From an uncultured Acidobacteriota bacterium (GTDB lineage: Bacteria; Acidobacteriota; UBA6911; RPQK01; JAPXNP01): 64,000 nt of DNA. The translations under genes were made by a program, and so were the position numbers. The notes beneath the pieces are model-generated. The model saw only the letters and a list, made by a program, of their open reading frames with translations, did no database searches and had not been told where the DNA came from. The DNA lies in assembly GCA_963777605.1 (NCBI GenBank), contig CAVZRV010000010.1:320001-384000 (forward strand), in the 5' to 3' direction. Positions 43,655 to 52,959 of this stretch are shown here, piece after piece (position 1 is the first letter of the stretch; the number at the start of each line of letters is the position of its first letter).

Positions 43655-44380
43655 TCAGGCGTTGTCGCGGAAACCCAGCAGGACCAGGAGTTGACGGTCG
43701 GGCGGCTCAAGGACCGAGAGACCCGTTCCGTAGTCGGGGCTCGGGATCTCTCCACCGAACTCGAAACCCTCGAATTCGAGCTGTTCTACCCGTTCCGGAG
43801 TGTTGTCCGAGTAATAGACCAAGGCCGGTTTCTCGATGTTCCGAGTCTCGTGCAAACCGATGGTGATGAGGTCGTCTGAGATGACCGCCCAGGGGTACGG
43901 CAAGTTGCTTCCTCTCAGGCTCTGAAAACCCAACTTGGTCCAGAGGGTGAGAGAGTCTTGCAGATCCCCCACCGGACAGGCCAATTCGCCGAATCGGCCG
44001 GCCTTGCAGACCGACGTTCCGGACGGCCTCGGGATCCGTCGCGCCGGGTAAGCCAGGAAGGAAACTCCAAGTCCGGTAGGGGTCGTCATACCCGCGATCA
44101 TTTCCGGTATCTGACCATCCTGCACCCGGGATATGGGTACCCCGAGAGATTCAACCAGGGCGACCCGTTCCGGCATGTCGCTGGCTATGTAGTTGAGCAC
44201 TATCGTCCCCGGGGTTGCCTGGCTCAGGTTTAGAGTGATCACTCCATCAGTCAAAACCGCCCAGGGCCACGGTTCCCAACTCTGCTCGAGCTTTTCAAAT
44301 CCGAGCCTTTCGTAAAAAGGCACGGACTTGGCCAGATCCGGAACGGCAACTGACAGCTCAACGAATTTGCCCAGCTTCAT
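43655..44380 (-). CDS. tandem VOC/glyoxalase-family protein
   Basis: Internal duplication ELSVAVPDLAKSVPFYERLGF..PWPWAVLTDG / ELACPVGDLQDSLTLWTKLGF..PYPWAVISDD. Confidence 0.8.
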   Translation of the reverse strand: MKLGKFVELSVAVPDLAKSVPFYERLGFEKLEQSWEPWPWAVLTDGVITLNLSQATPGTIVLNYIASDMPERVALVESLGVPISRVQDGQIPEMIAGMTTPTGLGVSFLAYPARRIPRPSGTSVCKAGRFGELACPVGDLQDSLTLWTKLGFQSLRGSNLPYPWAVISDDLITIGLHETRNIEKPALVYYSDNTPERVEQLEFEGFEFGGEIPSPDYGTGLSVLEPPDRQLLVLLGFRDNA

Positions 44381-44693
44381 GGTGACTCCTTTGGATTGAT
44401 CCCCCTCCTAATCTAAATCATTCATCCCACGATTCAAATACCCGCTTGCGGGATTGCATGCGCCTGGCCCCAGCAACTCTGCTAAGTCATGCAGGCGTTG
44501 CGGGGAGGGGGACTCGGTTTAAGGTTTAGTATCCCGATTTGAGGTTCAACGTTCAATTTTGCGAGATCGGCGAAGGCGAAGGTGAATGACGAAGTCGAAG
44601 GCCGAAACCGAAATAGGTAGCGCGAACTAATGTCTGTCAAGTCCTGGCCTGGAGTCGAAATGCCCTGTGGGGCTGGTCTGAACGGGTGTTTAG

Positions 44694-44740
44694 CCCGGCA
44701 GGACGCCCGCCGACACGCCAAGCAAGGATGCCTGGATTAC
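44694..44740. repeat. REP-like bipartite palindrome (copy 2)
   Basis: GGCAGG-ACG-CCCGCC and CCAAGCA-AGGA-TGCCTGG-ATTAC; aligns with 23655-23703. Confidence 0.5.
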
Positions 44741-44828
44741 GCTCCCGGCCACCAACCCCTGAACACCAAGCTCTGAACCCCAACTATGCCGCTCGAACAG
44801 GGATCTTGGGTTAACATGGTCGGAACCT

Positions 44829-47501
44829 ATGTACCCAGAACTCAAGCGCGACGTCCGCCGGTTAACTTCGCTGCTCGGAGACATCATCCGGGAAAGAACA
44901 GGAGACGAAGGGCTCCAACTGGTCGAGGACGTTCGAAATCTCGCCAAGCAGATCCGTCTCGAACCCTGCGCAGAGACCCTGCAGCGTAAAGACCAGCTTT
45001 TCGAAACTTTAACCCTGGACAGGGCAGAACCACTAGCCCGGGCATTCACCCTTTACTTTCAGCTCGTCAACCTGGCGGAAGAACGCCAGCGGCAGCGGCG
45101 CCTGATGGAAGCCATCGACAGCAGCGAATCCTACAAAGGATCGCTGAGGCACGGCATCCAGGTGCTTCACGACAAGTTCGGAATCGATCCCGACAGTGAC
45201 CAGGGACGGTCCATCCTTGAAAGAACGCGGATTGAGCCCGTACTCACCGCCCATCCGACCGAAGCTCGCCGGCCTACCGTCACGGCGCATTTGATGAGGA
45301 TCAATCGCCTCTACTCTCTTTCTGAACGCCGGGGAATCAGTGAACGAAATCGAAACAATTTTCACCAGCGCATCCTGGCTGAACTCGAGAGTCTCTGGTT
45401 GACCGAGCAGACCCGTTCCATCCGACCCACGATCGGCGAAGAAGTGGAACGCGTCCTGTTCTACTTCAAACGTGCCATCATCTCGACGGTTCCCCATTTC
45501 TACCGGGAACTTGCGCGAGCTGTCGGCTCCTCCGACCTTCCCCGGCTCCTGAGTTTCGGCAGTTGGGTTGGCGGAGATCGAGACGGTAACCCGTTTGTGA
45601 CTGCCCGCCTCAGCATCCGGACCGTCCAGGCTCAACATCGCCTGATTCTCCAACACTACCTGCGCAAGGTCTCCGATCTGAGACGGCAACTCAGCCACTC
45701 GGATCGTCTCAGCGCCGCCTCGGGTGAACTCCACGATGAGATTCAGGACGAAATCACCTACGGCCTCTTCCTCGACAGGCCAACGGAATCGATCGAGTCT
45801 CACGAGGTCTACCGCCGATTCCTTCGCATGATCCACATTCGGCTCCGCCAGACCCTTCGACGACAGATCGACGGCTTCAAAACGCCCGAAGAATTCCTCA
45901 AACTCTTGAAGATTCTCGACCGCAGTCTGCGCCATGGAGGCGTTGTCCGAAGTGCCGAAGCGGCCCTCAAGGACCTGATAATTCAGGTCGAAACGTTTGG
46001 GTTTCACCTCGCGACGCTCGATTTTCGCGATCACTCGGGCAAGATCGCGACGGCGGTCGGAACCCTGCTGCACAGGGACCCAAACCACGTCGATGTTGCC
46101 GCAGTCCAAGAGGCCCTCAAGTCGCCTCCAGTTCCGGGACATCCCGAAGGAGAACTGGGGGATGTGACCGACCAGTTCCGAAGCATACGTCGAATTCAGG
46201 ACCGCTATGGAGCCAAAGCCGCCAGCCGTTACATCGTCAGCATGACGCACCGCCCGGTCGACATCTGGAATACGATCCTGCTCGCTTCGACGGCAGGTCT
46301 GGTCCGTCGAGAGTCGGGCGGCTGGGTCTCGCGCCTCGACTTTGTACCCCTCTTCGAGACGATCCAGGATCTGCGCGGTTCTTGCGATCTCCTGACCTGT
46401 TGGTTCGATGACCCGATCTACCGGGAAATCCTGGCAAGCCGCCGGCAGACCCAGGAGATCATGCTGGGATACTCAGACTCCAATAAAGACGGCGGATACC
46501 TTTCGGCTAACTGGGAACTGTTCAGGGCTCAACGCTCCATTGTCAAACTCGCCACACGCTACGGTATTCAGATCCGTTTCTTCCATGGGAAAGGCGGCCC
46601 CATCGACCGCGGCGGCGGTTTGAGCTACCGTACCATCATGGCACAGCCCTACTCGGTTGCGGACGGCCAGATGAGAATAACGGAGCAGGGCGAAGTCATC
46701 TCCAGCAAGTACTCCAATCCCGTCATCGCACAACGCAATCTGGAGCAGCTCTGCAGTGCGGTCCTGCAGGCACGCGCCTCGACCATGACTCGGGGCCCCG
46801 CGGTTCCCGAAGAATGGGCTCAAATACTCGACACGATGTCCCAGTCCTCCCTGGATTGCTACCAGAAGTTCGTGTGGAAGAACCGCCGGTTCCCGCGGTT
46901 CTTCTTTAAGGCGACTCCCATTGACGTAATCGAACACTTGACCCTTGGGTCGCGGCCCGCAAAGCGCAAGACAGGCAAGGGGCTCCGGGATCTTCGGGCC
47001 ATTCCCTGGGTCTTCTCCTGGACCCAGTCTCGGTTCGTTTTGTCAGCCTGGTACGGGCTGGGAACGGCTTTGGAATCGCATTTGGGAGGCGGAAGTGAAG
47101 GCTTGGCGCAACTCAGAAAACTTTATGCGGAATGGCCCTTTTTCAGCACTCTGATCGACAACGCCCAGTTGTCCCTTGCCAAGGCTGACCTCTTCATCGC
47201 CAAGCAGTATGCCAACCTGGTTGATCCCCAAGAACTGGGCGAACAGACCTTCATCCAGATTCGGGAGGAGTACGAAAGAACCGAAGCAGCCATCCTGGAA
47301 ATCACGGAACAGCAACAACTTCTGGAAAAAGTCGAAGTGTTACGCGAATCCATTCGGCTTCGGAATCCCTACGTGGATCCATTGAATTTCCTCCAACTGC
47401 GGTTTCTCGAAGAGTGGAGGAAGACCGGTGATCCGGAAATCCTCCACCTGCTTCGTCTGACGGTTCACGGGATCGCCTCGGGAATGAAGAGTACGGGCTG
47501 A
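44829..47501 (+). CDS. ppc: phosphoenolpyruvate carboxylase
   Basis: VLTAHPTE, SWVGGDRDGNP, VPLFET, MLGYSDSNKDGG, RITEQGE, LRAIPWVFSWTQSR, GIASGMKSTG. Confidence 0.97.
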   Translation: MYPELKRDVRRLTSLLGDIIRERTGDEGLQLVEDVRNLAKQIRLEPCAETLQRKDQLFETLTLDRAEPLARAFTLYFQLVNLAEERQRQRRLMEAIDSSESYKGSLRHGIQVLHDKFGIDPDSDQGRSILERTRIEPVLTAHPTEARRPTVTAHLMRINRLYSLSERRGISERNRNNFHQRILAELESLWLTEQTRSIRPTIGEEVERVLFYFKRAIISTVPHFYRELARAVGSSDLPRLLSFGSWVGGDRDGNPFVTARLSIRTVQAQHRLILQHYLRKVSDLRRQLSHSDRLSAASGELHDEIQDEITYGLFLDRPTESIESHEVYRRFLRMIHIRLRQTLRRQIDGFKTPEEFLKLLKILDRSLRHGGVVRSAEAALKDLIIQVETFGFHLATLDFRDHSGKIATAVGTLLHRDPNHVDVAAVQEALKSPPVPGHPEGELGDVTDQFRSIRRIQDRYGAKAASRYIVSMTHRPVDIWNTILLASTAGLVRRESGGWVSRLDFVPLFETIQDLRGSCDLLTCWFDDPIYREILASRRQTQEIMLGYSDSNKDGGYLSANWELFRAQRSIVKLATRYGIQIRFFHGKGGPIDRGGGLSYRTIMAQPYSVADGQMRITEQGEVISSKYSNPVIAQRNLEQLCSAVLQARASTMTRGPAVPEEWAQILDTMSQSSLDCYQKFVWKNRRFPRFFFKATPIDVIEHLTLGSRPAKRKTGKGLRDLRAIPWVFSWTQSRFVLSAWYGLGTALESHLGGGSEGLAQLRKLYAEWPFFSTLIDNAQLSLAKADLFIAKQYANLVDPQELGEQTFIQIREEYERTEAAILEITEQQQLLEKVEVLRESIRLRNPYVDPLNFLQLRFLEEWRKTGDPEILHLLRLTVHGIASGMKSTG

Positions 47502-47577
47502 TTGATTGGGCTGATTCTGCCAGGACCTTGGGAAAGGATCGTGCAACCGGCCATGATTCGATCTCCGATGCTCCGGC

Positions 47578-48099
47578 TTATCCCGTATTCCGGACCAAAT
47601 CCGCGAGAGGGCGCCTTGGTCTGGGCGCGGGGCTTTCCTTCGCCATTCCGATCGGAAGCATGGCCACCGGACGGAGGCCGGGGGGAATCCCCGCGGCATC
47701 GCGCACCGAATCTTCGTCGAAAGCCCCAACCCACACCGTGGCAAGCCCGACAGCAGTCACTGCCAACATGGCGAAGCTGCAGGCTATAGTCGCGTCCTGC
47801 ACCGAATAGAGTTCCCTGCCCCGGGTTCCGTACTTCTTTGATGCATTCCCGGGATCGGCGCAAAAGACCAGGACAACGGGTGCCTCAGCGATGAAATCCT
47901 GACCGTGGGCAGCCCGGGCAAGATCTCGACGCACTGTGATGGATTTCGCCACAACCACCTGAAAACTCTGCAGATTTCCTGCCGAAGGCGCCGACACCAG
48001 TGCATCCAGGATTTCCTCGAGATCCTCGGGACGAACGGCTGCAGCAGACTCGAATGCTCTAATAGAACGACGCTTCTCAAAAAGTTCGAACAGGTCCAT
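47578..48099 (-). CDS. nitroreductase family protein
   Basis: KRRSIRAF, APSAGNLQ, QDATIA, GLATVWVGAF. Confidence 0.9.
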   Translation of the reverse strand: MDLFELFEKRRSIRAFESAAAVRPEDLEEILDALVSAPSAGNLQSFQVVVAKSITVRRDLARAAHGQDFIAEAPVVLVFCADPGNASKKYGTRGRELYSVQDATIACSFAMLAVTAVGLATVWVGAFDEDSVRDAAGIPPGLRPVAMLPIGMAKESPAPRPRRPLADLVRNTG

Positions 48100-48331
48100 T
48101 GCAAGAGTGTAGGACACTCGCTCCCGGTTGTCTCTGCTGGTGGGCGCAATTCGAATCGGCTAATGAATGCGTTGATCGGCACCCGGTCTGCCGTTCCGCC
48201 GGAATTCGTGCCTGCGAGACGGAGAAATTCGAGGTTGCCGACGCTCGATTTCCTCTTCCTGCCGCGCTGGGATATGATCACTTGGACCGACTGTCCAACC
48301 GGTATGATTCGCGATGGAGGGCTACCTTCAA

Positions 48332-49243
48332 ATGGCCAGAAAGGTTTCGCTTTTCGCTCTCGCCACTGTTTTCTCCACCTGGTTCGTTGCGGTCAGTACA
48401 GCCGCACCAGCCGGAATCGACTCACTCCTTGCTCCCGGCGCAAAACTGGAGAAGATCAGCGGTGATTTCACCTTTACCGAAGGGCCGGCGGCGGACCAGG
48501 ATGGGAACGTGTACTTCACCGATCAGCCGAACGATCGAATCATGAGATACGGCGTGGATGGACGTCTAACGGTTTTCCGCTCGCCGTCCGGTCGTTCCAA
48601 TGGTCTCTATTTCGATCTCGACGGGCGCCTCCTGGCGTGTGCCGACGAGCAGAACCAAATCTGGTCGATCGGCCCGGTTGGTGACCCGGTGGTCCTGGTC
48701 AGGCAGTACCGCGGTCACTTGCTCAACGGCCCCAACGACCTCTGGGTCCACCCTTCCGGAGCGGTCTACTTTACCGACCCGTTCTACAAGCGTCCCTACT
48801 GGAAACGGGGCCCCTCCGAACAGGATGTGCAGGGTGTTTACCGCCTCTCTCCCGACCGAAAGGCCGTGAAGCGGGTCGTCGATGAACTGGTTCAACCAAA
48901 TGGAATCATTGGAACGCCCGACGGGACCCGGCTCTACGTCGCCGATATTGGTGCCGGGAAGACGTACCAGTACCGGATCACCCCCTCGGGAGACCTGACC
49001 GAAAGGCAACTGTTTTGCGAGATGGGCTCCGACGGCATGACCATAGACAGCGACGGCAACGTGTACCTGACCGGCAAGGGGGTCACGGTGTTCAACCCGG
49101 AAGGAAAGGAGATCGGCAACCTAACGATTCCGGAGCCTTGGACGGCCAATGTCACCTTTGGCGGTGCCCATCGCCAGACCCTCTTTATTACCGCTTCCAA
49201 GGGCCTCTATGCCATCCTGCTTCGCACTCACGGAGCACTTTGA
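48332..49243 (+). CDS. SMP-30/gluconolactonase family protein (exported)
   Basis: Signal peptide, FTFTEGP, NGPND, QPNG, SDGMT, ANVTFGG; GGAGG SD. Confidence 0.9.
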   Translation: MARKVSLFALATVFSTWFVAVSTAAPAGIDSLLAPGAKLEKISGDFTFTEGPAADQDGNVYFTDQPNDRIMRYGVDGRLTVFRSPSGRSNGLYFDLDGRLLACADEQNQIWSIGPVGDPVVLVRQYRGHLLNGPNDLWVHPSGAVYFTDPFYKRPYWKRGPSEQDVQGVYRLSPDRKAVKRVVDELVQPNGIIGTPDGTRLYVADIGAGKTYQYRITPSGDLTERQLFCEMGSDGMTIDSDGNVYLTGKGVTVFNPEGKEIGNLTIPEPWTANVTFGGAHRQTLFITASKGLYAILLRTHGAL

Positions 49244-49659
49244 TTCCTGTGATCCGGATCACATCTGGGGTGGTGACCGGGAGCTATCCTCAGCGCGGTG
49301 TTGTTCCGACAATCAAGCTCAGTGATGGTCGCTATATTGCCAATACTGACAATGTTCTTGTAATTCGGATTCAGCAGACTGCGCGCTTCAAACCGAGCAG
49401 TTTTCACGCGGCAGCGGATACAGCGGAAACTCTGATGGGCTGGGTACGAAGGAAGTACGAAGTTAGGGATTGTCGCTTCGAGGACCTCACCTGCGAGCAG
49501 CAGGATTTGGTCAGACGATGGTACAACCTCGAAATGCTGGGCAACGGCCCGGAACGAAGATTCAACATCTACTCCCAGTCTGACCCGCTGGTCTGCAAGG
49601 GTCTGAGTCCGGTCTCCCTGGTCTTCTGCGGGCCCCGGGACTTCGACCGGAGCGGCTGA
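49240..49659 (+). CDS. hypothetical protein (139 aa)
   Basis: TTG overlapping the upstream TGA, GGAG upstream; fills an otherwise empty gap; no family recognised. Confidence 0.4.
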   Translation: MIPVIRITSGVVTGSYPQRGVVPTIKLSDGRYIANTDNVLVIRIQQTARFKPSSFHAAADTAETLMGWVRRKYEVRDCRFEDLTCEQQDLVRRWYNLEMLGNGPERRFNIYSQSDPLVCKGLSPVSLVFCGPRDFDRSG

Positions 49660-49856
49660 CCCGTTGACCTTCCCCTGTTCCAGAGCATTCCCGGTTGCTC
49701 CAACTTGCTCTCCTCCAGGTGCTTCTACCAGTGGGACAGACTCTTATGACGTCAGCTGCGGGTTGCGCCGGATCATGATTTTCGTCAACATGACGGCGAA
49801 GTTCGAAACCAGCATCGACCTCGGGATGTCGTGGCTGCAAAAGGAGATTTTCAAGG

Positions 49857-50576
49857 ATGGCTCAGGATATTCCGCCCCGGGTCGAGCCGGCGGCTGGCAA
49901 GGGCGCGAAGACCACACTCTGGCGTCCGATAGTACTGCTGGGGGGGCTGGTCACGCTCATCGTGCTCGCCCGGGTTTTCAACCTCGGGCAATACCTTGGC
50001 TCGTTGCGAGAGTGGATTGAGAACCTGGGCCCGATGGGACCCGTGGTCTTCATCCTCATTTACGCGGTTGCCGTCGTCGCCGCCATTCCGGCGAGCCTGT
50101 TGACGGTTGCAGCCGGTGCCCTTTTCGGTTCGGCCCTCGGGATTGCAGTGGTCAGCCTGGCCTCTACCCTGGGAGCGGCACTGGCGTTCCTGGTCGCCCG
50201 ATATTTCGCTCGTGACTCGATCTCTGCCTGGTTGAACGGGAAAAAGACTTTCCGCCGTCTCGATGAAATGACCGAAACTCACGGAGCGACGATTGTCGCT
50301 CTGACGCGACTCGTCCCGATCTTCCCGTTCAATCTCCTCAATTACGGATTCGGGTTGACCCGCGTGCCGTTTTGGACCTACGTTTTCTGGTCCTGGCTTT
50401 GCATGCTCCCCGGTACCTTTGTATTCGTGCTGGGAGCGGACGCCGTCACGAGAGCGATTACCGGTGGTGAAGTCCCCTGGATTCTCATCATTGCCATCGT
50501 AATGGCAATCGTGATCCTCGGTTTCCTCGTTAAGTTCGCCCGAGGCCGGCTGCAAAACAGGGGGGAGAAGGCCTGA
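49857..50576 (+). CDS. TVP38/TMEM64 (DedA/VTT) membrane protein
   Basis: LTVAAGALFG, LGAALAFLVARYFAR, RLVPIFPFNLLNYGFGLT, MLPGT. Confidence 0.92.
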   Translation: MAQDIPPRVEPAAGKGAKTTLWRPIVLLGGLVTLIVLARVFNLGQYLGSLREWIENLGPMGPVVFILIYAVAVVAAIPASLLTVAAGALFGSALGIAVVSLASTLGAALAFLVARYFARDSISAWLNGKKTFRRLDEMTETHGATIVALTRLVPIFPFNLLNYGFGLTRVPFWTYVFWSWLCMLPGTFVFVLGADAVTRAITGGEVPWILIIAIVMAIVILGFLVKFARGRLQNRGEKA

Positions 50577-50579
50577 GGC

Positions 50580-52100
50580 ATGGAGCACTTACCATCGCTT
50601 CTGTTGAACGACCCGCACGACCGGGAATTGAAAAACCGGGTCGGCCCAAAGGACTGGAACAACCCCAAACCGGCGCGTCGTTACAATCTCGTGGTCATCG
50701 GAGCCGGCACCGCAGGGCTCGTCTCGGCCGCTGCGGCCGCAGGCCTCGGTGCCCGGGTCGCCCTTGTTGAGCGACGATTGATGGGAGGAGATTGCCTGAA
50801 TTTCGGCTGCGTGCCTTCCAAAGCACTGATTCGTGCGGCACGTGCCGCTGCAGGTGCCCGCATATCTGCTGAGCTTGGAATAGGCCTGAGTGATGCCGCG
50901 GTTCAAGCAGACTTCTCCAGAGTGATGGACCGCGTCCGGCGCCTGCGCGCCGAAATCAGTCAAAACGACTCGGTGGAACGATTCACCAGGCTGGGCGTCG
51001 ACGTATTCCTGGGCAACGCGAAATTCATCGATCACAGAACGGTCGATGTGGATGGCCTGAAACTGCGCTTCAAACGTGCCGTGATCGCGACGGGAGCCGG
51101 TCCGGCTCAACCCGATATTCCGGGGCTGGATATCGCGGGGTTCTTGACCAACGAAACCGTCTTCTCGCTTAACACGCTGCCCTCGCGACTGCTCATTGTC
51201 GGTGGTGGGCCGATCGGCTGCGAACTGGCCCAGGCGATTGCCCGTCTCGGCTCAAAGGTGACGATCGTTGAAGCCCAGTCCCGTTTCCTGGCGAGAGAAG
51301 ATGCCGAGGCCGCGGAAATCCTCGGCCGGGCGCTGGCCCGGGATGGAATCGAGATCCGCCTCGACACCAAAGTCTCACGAGTGGTCCCTCGGGACAACGT
51401 GAAACAGGTGCAGCTGGTTTCCGGGGATCAGTCCGAGAAGCTTGAATTCGATGAGATCCTCGTGGGCGTTGGACGGATTCCGAACATCCAGGATCTCAAC
51501 CTGGAAGTCGCCGGGGTCCACTACAGAAACAGCGGCGTCCAGGTCAACGACCGCCTTCAGACCACCAACCCCAGGATCTTCGCGGCCGGGGACGTGTGCC
51601 TGCCGTACAAATTCACCCACACCGCCGATGCGTCCGCACGCATCGTGATCCAGAATGCCCTTTTCTTTGGAAGTCGAAAGGTAAGCAGTCTCACCATCCC
51701 CTGGTGCACTTATACAAGTCCAGAAGTTGCCCACGTGGGCCTTTACGAGAAGGATGCCCAGGCCAAGGGAATCGAGGTGACAACCTTCAAGGTCCCTTTG
51801 AGCGAAGTGGACCGGGCTGTGCTGGACGGCGAGACAGAAGGGTTCGTCAAAATCCACGTCAAACAGGGGACCGACGAGATCATCGGTGCCACGATCGTGG
51901 CCGAACACGCCGGGGAGTTGATCAGCGAACTCAGTGTTGCCATCGTCGGGGGAATCGGACTGGGTCGCCTCTCTAATGTGATTCATCCTTATCCCACACA
52001 GGCGGAGGCGATTCGAAAAGCGGCCGACCAGTACAATCGGACCCGCCTGACGCCGACTGTCAAGAGCGCATTGAAGGCCTGGTTCAAGCTGACTCGTTGA
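50580..52100 (+). CDS. class I pyridine nucleotide-disulfide oxidoreductase (MerA/Lpd-like)
   Basis: GAGTAG, GGDCLNFGCVPSK, GGGPIGCE, AAGD, HPYPTQAE; lacks the C-terminal Cys-Cys of MerA. Confidence 0.88.
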   Translation: MEHLPSLLLNDPHDRELKNRVGPKDWNNPKPARRYNLVVIGAGTAGLVSAAAAAGLGARVALVERRLMGGDCLNFGCVPSKALIRAARAAAGARISAELGIGLSDAAVQADFSRVMDRVRRLRAEISQNDSVERFTRLGVDVFLGNAKFIDHRTVDVDGLKLRFKRAVIATGAGPAQPDIPGLDIAGFLTNETVFSLNTLPSRLLIVGGGPIGCELAQAIARLGSKVTIVEAQSRFLAREDAEAAEILGRALARDGIEIRLDTKVSRVVPRDNVKQVQLVSGDQSEKLEFDEILVGVGRIPNIQDLNLEVAGVHYRNSGVQVNDRLQTTNPRIFAAGDVCLPYKFTHTADASARIVIQNALFFGSRKVSSLTIPWCTYTSPEVAHVGLYEKDAQAKGIEVTTFKVPLSEVDRAVLDGETEGFVKIHVKQGTDEIIGATIVAEHAGELISELSVAIVGGIGLGRLSNVIHPYPTQAEAIRKAADQYNRTRLTPTVKSALKAWFKLTR

Positions 52101-52161
52101 ACTTCCCCTCTCTATTGAGGTAAAAGAGGTTATCGAGAAAGCCTCCCATAATTCCGATCGT

Positions 52162-52884
52162 ATGTACGAGGAACCGAGACGCAACCAGGCCGTACTGGTC
52201 TTTGCTCGTGATATCAGCCTTGACCTGCGGCGGCGGGGATGGGGCCAGCGCCTGAGACAACTGCTGCAGATTCCCCGGTTTCTCGCCGAAGAGGACGCGG
52301 ATGTTCATATCTTCACGTCCCCGTCGTCTGTCGATACTCTTAGGGCCAAATTCCCCTGGGCGGGTGTCCACTCCCAGTCGGGATCCAACTTTGCCGAGTG
52401 CCTCGAACGGGCGGTCGGTGAGTTGGTGGACGACGGCTATGGAAAGATCGTAATCGTAGGTCGGGACTGCCCCGAACTGACGTTCGACGATGTTCACAGC
52501 GCTTTCCGGGAACTGGATGGGAAGCGACTCGTTCTCGGTCCGGACCACCAAGGCGGACTCTACCTGATTGGACTTCACGTCGAGGACCTGGACCTCCTCA
52601 AGGGTATCGACTGGCAACAGGACTCCGACTTCTCGCAGATCTCGGCCCGGGTTCCGGTGGACAGGACCTTCATCCTTCCCACCCGCCACGACCTCGACTC
52701 GACAATTGACCTCCGCAGTTTGCTTCGTGCAGGTGGCGCCGTTGCCGACCTGGTGAGGTTCCTCATTGGAGTCCTCCGCGCAACGGCGTTGAAAGTGGCT
52801 TCGGGGCCACGACCCCTGCGGAGGGTCAGAGAAATTCTGAGCTGGCAACTGCCCCCGCCTTCAGTCCGTTCGCCTCTAGCCTAG
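52162..52884 (+). CDS. DUF2064 / TIGR04282-like transferase (arsenosugar-associated)
   Basis: QSGSNFAECL, VIVGRDCPEL, VLGPDHQGGLYLIG, IDW, HDLD. Confidence 0.8.
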   Translation: MYEEPRRNQAVLVFARDISLDLRRRGWGQRLRQLLQIPRFLAEEDADVHIFTSPSSVDTLRAKFPWAGVHSQSGSNFAECLERAVGELVDDGYGKIVIVGRDCPELTFDDVHSAFRELDGKRLVLGPDHQGGLYLIGLHVEDLDLLKGIDWQQDSDFSQISARVPVDRTFILPTRHDLDSTIDLRSLLRAGGAVADLVRFLIGVLRATALKVASGPRPLRRVREILSWQLPPPSVRSPLA

Positions 52885-52959
52885 GCTCCTGTTTCAATCC
52901 AAGCATTTCACACAGCCCGTATAGGAGAGGATGGGCCCTGACGGTCCATCGGCAAGATA

